Part shown: positions 31,065-38,903 of the stretch, in pieces
How the letters are laid out: each line of letters starts with the position of its first letter
How positions within the stretch are numbered: the first letter of the stretch is position 1
DNA from: Alkalilimnicola ehrlichii
GTDB taxonomy: Bacteria > Pseudomonadota > Gammaproteobacteria > Nitrococcales > AK92
Assembly (NCBI RefSeq): GCF_003399765.1
Contig: NZ_NFZV01000001.1
Coordinates: forward strand, 345,704 to 409,703
Reading direction: 5' to 3'
Length of the DNA: 64,000 nucleotides
Notes under the pieces: generated by a model
The model's database searches: none
What the model was told of the DNA's origin: nothing
The model's input: only the letters and a program-made list of their open reading frames with translations
Translations under genes and position numbers: made by a program

Positions 31065-31426
31065 CTGGGAAGCCGCAAGGCCGGGGTTCGACTCCCCGAT
31101 AAAAAGCGCAAACGGAGCATTGCTCCAAAACGGTACGAATGCCTGGGCAAGTTTGCCCAGGCCAGTAGTGCCAACGCCGATGGGCAGCGTGTGAGGCCCT
31201 GACGCTTTCGGTCCGGATGAGTATGCAGGGTGCGGGGGGCACCCTGCACGCGTTCGGTCTCGTCAACGGTCGCTCGGCGGCCCGTGTTAGCCCGTTTGTT
31301 AAAGGGGTAGCGCGGCAACCGACGAGCGGTTGATCGGGACGGCATTCGGCACCCGGAAGGGAATAGCCTCACACCCCCCATTGGCTTTTACTAAGCATTA
31401 AGCTGGATAACAGCAGGAGAGTCGCA

Positions 31427-32575
31427 ATGTTGGGGTTTACGAAGAAAATGGTGGTTGCAGATGACGAGCGCGTGTTGCTGTTCAAACACCGTCAGTTCCA
31501 GCGGGTTCTGCAGCCTGGATGCCATCGCTTTTTCGATGGATTCAATAGGCTCTCTTTCGACGTGCTTAAGGTTCATCGGGCGGGGGTTGTGCATGAGCAA
31601 TTGGATCTACTGCTTAAGAAGCCGGCATTTTCCAGCCAGGTAGAGATATACCTCATGCAGGAAAACGAAGTAGGCGTGGTGTATGTGGACGGTAAGCCGC
31701 AGCGGGTTCTAGCGCCCGGCTCGCGTTGGGTGACCTGGAAGGACGCCCTGAATGTGGAGGTCCAAAGCTATGCGCTGGAGCAACTGGCTCCGATTAACGA
31801 GGTACTGCTAGCCGGGCTGTTGCGCGAAGGCTTGGATAAGGCCGGCGGTCAGTGGTGCATTAACCATGCCCTAGTACCGGACGGCCATATCGGCTTATTG
31901 TTCGAGAACGGCAAGCTGAACACGACCCTACAGCCTGGGCGTTACGGTTATTGGGCGTTTAATCGAGACGTTCAGATCCAGATTTTCGACCTCAGGTTGC
32001 AGATGGTGGACATCTCCGGGCAGGAAATCCTGACCAAGGATCGAGTGAGCTTACGACTGAATTTAAATGCCGTTTACCAGTATGCCGACGCCGTAAAGGC
32101 CGCGGAACAGCTCAGAAACGCGGGCGATTACATCTACAAGCGCTTGCAGCTTGCGTTGCGAGAAGCAGTGGGCACCCGCACTCTGGACGAGTTATTGGCG
32201 GATAAGGATGCGATCTCCAACGTGATTCTCAAGGATTGCCGAGACGCCCTAAAGGAATACGGGATCACCTTAGACCGGGTGGGGGTAAAGGACATCATTT
32301 TGCCGGGCGAGATGAAGGAGATTTTGAATCAGGTCGTGCAGGCGCAGAAGTGTGCGGAGGCGAATCTGATCAAACGTCGGGAAGAAACAGCGGCCACCCG
32401 CTCTTTGAGCAACACCGCGAAGATGATGGAGAAAAACCCGACGCTGCTGCGACTCAAAGAGTTGGAGGCACTGGAAAAAGTGGCCGAGCGGATCGACTGC
32501 ATCAATGTGTACGGCGGATTGGATACGGTAATGAACGATTTGGTTCGCCTAACGGATAAACGGGTAGCGGGATAG
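31427..32575 (+). CDS. SPFH/band-7 domain protein
   Basis: 382 aa; central SPFH domain and a coiled-coil C-terminus. Confidence 0.6.
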   Translation: MLGFTKKMVVADDERVLLFKHRQFQRVLQPGCHRFFDGFNRLSFDVLKVHRAGVVHEQLDLLLKKPAFSSQVEIYLMQENEVGVVYVDGKPQRVLAPGSRWVTWKDALNVEVQSYALEQLAPINEVLLAGLLREGLDKAGGQWCINHALVPDGHIGLLFENGKLNTTLQPGRYGYWAFNRDVQIQIFDLRLQMVDISGQEILTKDRVSLRLNLNAVYQYADAVKAAEQLRNAGDYIYKRLQLALREAVGTRTLDELLADKDAISNVILKDCRDALKEYGITLDRVGVKDIILPGEMKEILNQVVQAQKCAEANLIKRREETAATRSLSNTAKMMEKNPTLLRLKELEALEKVAERIDCINVYGGLDTVMNDLVRLTDKRVAG

Positions 32576-32652
32576 GTACGACTGAAAGAGAGCGGCTGCC
32601 GACAGGCAGCTCGCTCTATTAAACGTCCGATTTTTACCGCAAGAGGGTCGTG

Positions 32653-33500
32653 CTAAGCCTCGGGCATCGCCCCCACGTGACGTAAGATGTCTTTCGTAAT
32701 CGAAAGTCGGGCGTCGGCGGAGTCTGCGTGTTCCATATCAAGGTTCAGTGCAAAAAAGTACACCTCGCCGTCGCGCTCGACGTAACCGACAAACCATCCC
32801 AGTCCAGGCGTCGCAGGATCGCCAAACCCCGCCCATCCCGTTTTGCCGCTGAGGCGGTACTCCGGCGTTTCCTCCAGCACGAAGAGGTCTTTTGCGGTCT
32901 TCGTCGTTGCCGGCGATAGGCCTAACTCATCGAAGTAAAAGCGTTGCAAAAAGTCGACCTGGGCATCGGCCGAAACGCGCAGCGCCCCCGTCAACCAAAA
33001 GCGATCGATAGCGCCGCTCATATCGCCATTGCCGTACTTAAAGGCGTCCAAGTAGGTTTGCATGTGTTCCGCACCGATACGGCGGGCCAGCTCTTGGTAA
33101 TACCAAACCACAGAGTTTAAAAACGCGGTTTCAAGCGTATGCTCCTCTAACCACGCGGGTGGCCACCACGCTTGGGGCGGTGCGACGGCGTCATCGCGTT
33201 CCAGCGCAAACGCCGGCCCGTTGGCAACGCCTGTCTCCAACGCGATCAAGGTGTTCGGAATCTTGTAGGTCGATGCGGGTAGAAAGGCCGTTTGCGCCCG
33301 TTGCGGGTTATGGCGGATGACACGCTGGGCCTGCGGGTCCAGCAAAACAAAGGCTCCGTTCCGGCCTTCAAAAAGGGCGCAAGTTCCGCGGCGTCCGAAT
33401 CAGCGGGCGCTGCCGCAACGGCGGGCGAGGGCGGCTCAGACGAGCAGGCCGACAAGGAAAGCGAGAACACTAATAATGGCAATAAATGTCGCAGCTGCAT
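32653..33500 (-). CDS. class D (OXA-type) beta-lactamase, apparent 1-nt homopolymer frameshift near 33355
   Basis: motifs STYK (the S-x-x-K active site), SVV, YGN, KTG and WFVGY; lipoprotein-type signal peptide MQLRHLLPLLVFSLSLSAC in ORF 33246-33500; a T5 to T6 correction restores APFFEGRNGAFVLLDPQAQRV. Confidence 0.8.
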
Positions 33501-33640
33501 TCATCTAACCTGTGGTCGGTTGAGTTTGGATTAATTATTTGCCGAATTATCATAATGTAGAACGTCTTCTTTTGCTTTTGCCCCCAGGAAGAAATCAGCA
33601 TCGCTTTTATGCGGTGGGTATAAGGGGCGGCCGGTTGGTC

Positions 33641-34167
33641 TTAAGTTGCTTCGCAGGGCTGAGCCGTCATTAGGTCGACATACGCGCCGGCAATCAAATC
33701 CTGCGGCTCGATCGCTAGTTCCGCCATCAAGCGTTGCGCAATCTTCACGCCTTCGGCTTCCGTTTGCGCCGGGGTGAGAACAACCTCCAGTTCGATAAAA
33801 CGGCCAAGCTCGGCCACCTCGTCTAGATGTATTCTCGTTTGTCCGACGAGAAAAACCGTGCGGCACTTTTTGACGACGGCGCGGACGCCGAGCGCTGCCG
33901 CCAGAGCCGCTTTGAGGGAGGCCGGGTCATCGGTCGGCGAGCGAATATAGGTCGAGGTCTTCGGACCCGAGGCGTCGGGGCGGTCGTACTGGATCAACTC
34001 GCCCGTACCGTCGCCAAAGGCCCTAAGCTTCAGTCTCCCCTCGGGTACCTGAAAAAAGTGTCTTCCTGCTCAAGCCGCTGCGGCGGGCCGTCCGCGAGCC
34101 TCGCCGCTATGTGGGTTTGCCCCTCGAAGTCGCTTGAGCGGGCTTTTATCTCGATATTACGTGCCAT
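33641..34167 (-). CDS. CYTH-domain protein (class IV adenylate cyclase / CyaB-like), apparent 1-nt homopolymer frameshift near 34030
   Basis: N-terminus MARNIEIKAR...QEDTFFRYPRG in ORF 34030-34422 and C-terminus RIHLDEVAELGRFIELEVVL in ORF 33641-33997; a G4 to G5 correction restores ...GRLKLRAFGDGTGELIQYDRP. Confidence 0.6.
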
Positions 34168-34520
34168 CTTCCCTCCGCTAATGCGGTCGGCTCGATCAAC
34201 GGGGTGCGCGTTTGCGTCGTTGCCGACCTGGTTCGTTAACCACACCTTAGCGCATTTTCCCGCCGCTTCGGTTTGCCCGCGCACCGGTAAATGGCTCTTC
34301 CACGAGTACGCCTTCGCGTTTCGTTTTGCCGGTTCAGCGTGTCGGCCAAGCGAAAGATGATCGGCCACTAGGCGCTGGGGAAGCATTCGTCCCCAGGCGA
34401 CATTCCGCTGGTTATTTGACAATTAATGCAGTTGAGACTTATTCTCAATTAAAATCTAAAACCCATAACTTCTATTCCGGGTGTCACAACTAAACGCCTG
34501 TACCGCGGGAAGGATATCCC

Positions 34521-35069
34521 ATGGGAGCGAATTCCCAAGCAAGGAAAGATCTACTGGCGGTTCTTTATAACAATCATCATCGCTGGCTGGTGCATTGGCT
34601 GCGCAAGAAGATCGGCTGCTCGGAGCAGGCCGCCGACCTGGCGCAAGATAGTTTCGTCAGGGTGATGGCCAGCCAGACCAATTTACACGCACTCTGCGAG
34701 CCTCGGGCTTATCTCACCAGAATCGCCACCCGTCTGCTGATCGACAGCGTTCGTCGCCGCCAAGTCGAACAGGCTTGGTACGAGAGCTGGGTGGGACTCT
34801 ACGGTAACGACGCCAGCATGGAACCCGCAACCGAGGCCTTAGTAGAAATGCTCGATTTGCTGGTGGCTATAACACGCATGCTCGAAGGCCTGCCGGAGAA
34901 GCCTCGCAAAGCCTTTCTCTGGAGCCGTCTGAAGGGCATGCCCTATGCCGAGATTGCCGCCCGTTTGGGCGTCTCGGTGGTCAGGGTAAAACAGTACATC
35001 GCCCGCGCCCTGCTGCATTGTCACGACATCCTTGAAGGTGAGGCAAACGGTGAAGGTCCCCGCCACTGA
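34521..35069 (+). CDS. ECF sigma factor, FecI-like
   Basis: 182 aa; sigma70 regions 2 and 4; immediately followed by a FecR-like gene. Confidence 0.8.
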   Translation: MGANSQARKDLLAVLYNNHHRWLVHWLRKKIGCSEQAADLAQDSFVRVMASQTNLHALCEPRAYLTRIATRLLIDSVRRRQVEQAWYESWVGLYGNDASMEPATEALVEMLDLLVAITRMLEGLPEKPRKAFLWSRLKGMPYAEIAARLGVSVVRVKQYIARALLHCHDILEGEANGEGPRH

Positions 35070-35094
35070 ATCTGCTACTACGCCCAGCCGCACC

Positions 35095-36045
35095 ATGATC
35101 GAGCAAGCTGCCCACTGGCATGCAACGCTTGGCTCGGAAACCGTGACCGAGGAGGAAAAGCAGGCGTGTGCAGCATGGCGGGCGGCGCATCCCAGCCATG
35201 AAGCAGCCTTTCAGCGCTTGCTGCGTGTGTGGGCGCCGCTGGAATCGCTAAACGACGAACTCAAGGAGCCGGCCCTGTCTACCGTTCAGGCGGTGGCGGG
35301 GCGCAAACTGCGTCGGCGCGGCGCACGGTTGGCATCGCTAGCGGGGGCGGTGTTACTAAGCGGTTGGCTGAGCTTTCAGTGGCTGTTACCGGCAGGGATG
35401 GGCGCCGATCATGCCACGCTCGCCGGAGAGCGTCGCGAGCTATTGCTTGACGATGGCAGTCGTCTGTTACTAAACAGCAGAACGGCGATTGATGTCCGCT
35501 ATAGCGATCGAGAGCGCCGCATCGTGCTGCATCGCGGAGAGCTGCTGATCGATGTCGGCCGGGATGCTGCGCGCCCATTTATCGTTGCGACCCGCTACGG
35601 TACCGCGGAAGCGCTGGGTACCCGCTATGCCGTCAGGCAGACCGCCGACGATGCGGCGGTGGTGACGGTGGCGCACTCCCGCGTCAGGTTTTGCCCGGCA
35701 CCGGAGGCGAGCGCCGAGCGTTGTCGGCTTTTGCGGGAGGGGGAGCAAAGCCGGGCCGGCGCCGACGGCGCAGCGACGTCCGCGATCGAGGTGGATGTCG
35801 AAGCGGCCACCGCCTGGACGAGGGGGCGGCTGGTTGTCGACGACTGGCCGTTGCCGCAAGTGCTCTCAGAGCTTGGTTACCATCGCCGCGGTTGGTTGAT
35901 TTTCCACGCGGATTCACTGCAAGACTTGCGCGTGTCCGGCGTTTTCCCTATCGACGATACCGACTTGGCCCTGGCCATTCTGGAGGCGAACTTACCGCTC
36001 ACTATCTCCCGCTATGGGCCTGTCACCCGAATCGCCCGCCACTAG
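35095..36045 (+). CDS. FecR-like anti-sigma factor / transmembrane sensor
   Basis: IEQAAHWHATL N-terminal anti-sigma domain, central TM segment and a periplasmic FecR domain. Confidence 0.75.
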   Translation: MIEQAAHWHATLGSETVTEEEKQACAAWRAAHPSHEAAFQRLLRVWAPLESLNDELKEPALSTVQAVAGRKLRRRGARLASLAGAVLLSGWLSFQWLLPAGMGADHATLAGERRELLLDDGSRLLLNSRTAIDVRYSDRERRIVLHRGELLIDVGRDAARPFIVATRYGTAEALGTRYAVRQTADDAAVVTVAHSRVRFCPAPEASAERCRLLREGEQSRAGADGAATSAIEVDVEAATAWTRGRLVVDDWPLPQVLSELGYHRRGWLIFHADSLQDLRVSGVFPIDDTDLALAILEANLPLTISRYGPVTRIARH

Positions 36046-36144
36046 CGGGCTCTTATAAGCAGAAAAGCCTGCTCGACTCTATACCTTTTGCTCCGGCGCT
36101 CGTCATAACCCATAGGTAAACGAGAATGGGAATTATTTTTATTT

Positions 36145-38882
36145 ATGGGGTGCAACAAACTCATCCGCCGGACTGTCGGGTGGTGCGTGCTGTTGGCTGG
36201 GGGGCTGCTGGCGCTGACGCTTCACGCCGCCGAATCCGCGCATCGCTTCGACATACCGCCAGGCGGTCTTGACCAAACGCTGACGCAGTTTGCCTTGCAG
36301 GCAGGGCTTGTTCTGTATCTCGATCCTGCCTTGGCTCAGGGGCAAACCAGCCCGGGCCTGCAAGGCGAGTATCGGCCCCGGCACGGCCTGTCGCTCTTGC
36401 TAAGCGGTACCGGCCTCACCTATCGAGAGGATGCCGACAGCGGCGCCATCGCTATCGTACCTCGCGCCGCTATCGCCGCCAGCGAGCGGCAGTCGCTGCC
36501 GGCGCTACTGATCGAGGCGCGGCCCTGGAGTCCGGGAGACGACGCCTACACCGGTTCGGGCTCGGCCAATGTGCTCACACAGCGGGATATCGAGCTTTTT
36601 CGGGGTAGCTCCGTGGGCGATATCTTCCAGGGCACGCCCGGCGTGCTGGTGGGGGAGAACCGCAACAGCGGCGGCCTGGACCTCAACATCCGCGGCATGC
36701 AGGGGCAGGGGCGGGTGCCGGTGCTGATTGACGGCAGCCGGCAGGAAACGACGGTACACCGCGGCTATGCCGGCGTCGCTTCCCGTAGTTATGTGGACCC
36801 GGATCTGATCGGCGGCATTCGTATCGACAAAGGGCCGAGCATGACGGCCGAAGGCAGCGGCGCGGTCGGTGGGCTGGTCAGCATGCGCACCCTGGAGCCC
36901 AACGACATCATCAAGGACGGCAAGGATTTCGGCGTCCGGCTTCGAGGTACCGCCATCGGCAATAACAGCGGTCGCACTCCTAGCCCCGGCACGCCGGCGG
37001 GTTATAACACAGGCAATCCGTTTGCCGGCGCAGCGGTCTACCGCACGGACTGTATCGTTGCGAGCCTGTGCCAGGGCGAGTACGCACTGCCCGAACGCTT
37101 CGCCCCGGAGGCCGGTATGGATCGCCCCGGCCTGCTGGAGCCGAAAAGCCATGCCGCCAGCGTGGCCGTTGCCGGGCGCTTGGCCTGGGCGGATCTGCTC
37201 GCCGCTTATGCGGAGCGCCGCCAGGGCAATTATTACGCCGGCAGGCACGGTCGCACGCCGTCCATCGACCTCTCCGATGTACGCGAATTGCCCTTCTACA
37301 CCGAGGTGCGGCCGGTACTGCGCGGCGCTTCCCGATTCCGAGGCGGGGAGCGCATCGTTAACAGCAACTACGAGAGCCAGTCGGTTCTACTCAAGGGCCA
37401 GCTCTGGCTGCCGCGCGAGCAAAACCTGGAATTAAGCTACCTGAATTACCGCAGTACCTACGGCGAGTTGATGCCCTCGCAACTCATGTGGTTCGACCAA
37501 GTCCGGCAGACGGCCTCAAGCGAGGTAACGGCAAACACCTACACCGCCCGTTACCGCTGGGATCCGTTCGCCTCCGATTATTTCGACCTACGCGCCAATC
37601 TTTGGCATACCGATACGCGTAGCAGTAACGACCCCTACTTCGTGCCGGGCGCCGATGGCGAGCCGATGGAAATGGGCGGAACCGGCTCCGAACACTATCG
37701 CCGCTGGGGAGCGGACCTTAGCAACAGCATGCGCTTTGAGGGCTTCGGCCGGCTGGAGGCCCGCTACGGCGGTTCCGCGCAATTAGAAAAGCTCCGCCCC
37801 CGCGGCGAGATCGCCGAGGACACCCCGAGCGACAACCGCGACGGCGATCGCCATGAGCTTAGCGCGTTTGCCGCGCTGGAATATCAACCGCTACCTAGCG
37901 TCACCTTAGAAGCCGGTATCCGGCACACCCGCTTCCGCTCCAAAGACAACACGCCCATGGCGATCGACCCGGGCAACGAATACTGCCCCGAGCCCGACGG
38001 CGACGGCGGCTGCCTCCCCTTTACCTACCGAAGCCGCAATCACGGCACCGTGCCTATGGCCGGCCTTACCTGGGAGCCCGTCGCCGGCATTCGGCTCTAT
38101 GCCCGCTACGCCGAGGCGCTCCGCATGCCCAGTTTGTTCGAAACCACCCAAGGATTCTCGGTGGCGCCGACCCCCGGCCTGGACCTAAAACCGGAGCACG
38201 CTTACCACCGCGAAGTGGGCATCAATATGCTGCGCCATGGGTTGCTCGGCGAAAGCGACCGACTTGGGTTACGCATCGCCTACTTCCGCAACCGCGTTAA
38301 AGACTATATCACCCGCACGCCGCGCAACCTGTGGGAGGAGGAAACCGACAACTTCCAGCAAAACATGTTCCGCATCCGCAACATCGAAAGCGCAAGCTTT
38401 CATGGCTACGAAGTGTCGGCGGAGTATGACGCAGGGTGGTTGTTCGGAGAGTTCGGCGGCACCTGGTACAGCAACATCGAAACCTGCCACGAAGGTAGCT
38501 ATCGTCGTCAAAGCTGCACCGATTACGGCGTGCCGCGCAGCTACATCAATAACATGATCCCCCCAACTGGCATAGCAGCGCCACCCTCGGCACACGGCTA
38601 TTCCAGCAGCAGCTGGAGCTTGGCGCTCGCGGCACCTTCATGGGGCAGCGCACCCCGCTTCCTCCCACTGACAGCTCGCAATTCCAGAGCTTTGCCGCGC
38701 CGGTGTCCTGGCACCGCTATCGCGTGTACGACGTGTTCGCCAGCTACCGGCCCAACGACACCGTCAGCGTCGATTTCAACATCGACAACGTCACGGACCG
38801 TTACTACATCGACGCGCTCAGCCTAGGGCTGGTGCCTGCTCCCGGGCGCACGGCCCGGTTGAGCCTGACGCTTCATTACTAA
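36145..38882 (+). CDS. TonB-dependent transducer (receptor with N-terminal STN signalling domain), apparent 1-nt homopolymer frameshift near 38562
   Basis: signal peptide, STN domain (FDIPPGGLDQTLTQFALQAGL), plug and barrel; C-terminal ...LSLTLHY found in ORF 38640-38882; a C6 to C7 correction joins the frames. Confidence 0.8.
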
Positions 38883-38903
38883 CCCAAGAAGGAGACGCTT
38901 TGC

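Noticed and set aside
30993-31100. tmRNA (ssrA) 3' end, because of the T-arm plus ...GCTCC tail
   Set aside because: The 5' and 3' acceptor halves are only ~70 nt apart and enclose a D-arm and an anticodon-like stem. tmRNA would need a ~300-nt mRNA-like/pseudoknot insert between them.
30993-33600. Genomic island integrated at the tRNA-like gene (duplicated T-arm as att repeat), carrying the OXA beta-lactamase
   Set aside because: No integrase, recombinase or transposase, and no second att-like repeat, is present anywhere in the downstream 30 kb. GC content and gene content look chromosomal. The duplication is 16 nt away, not at a distal island boundary.
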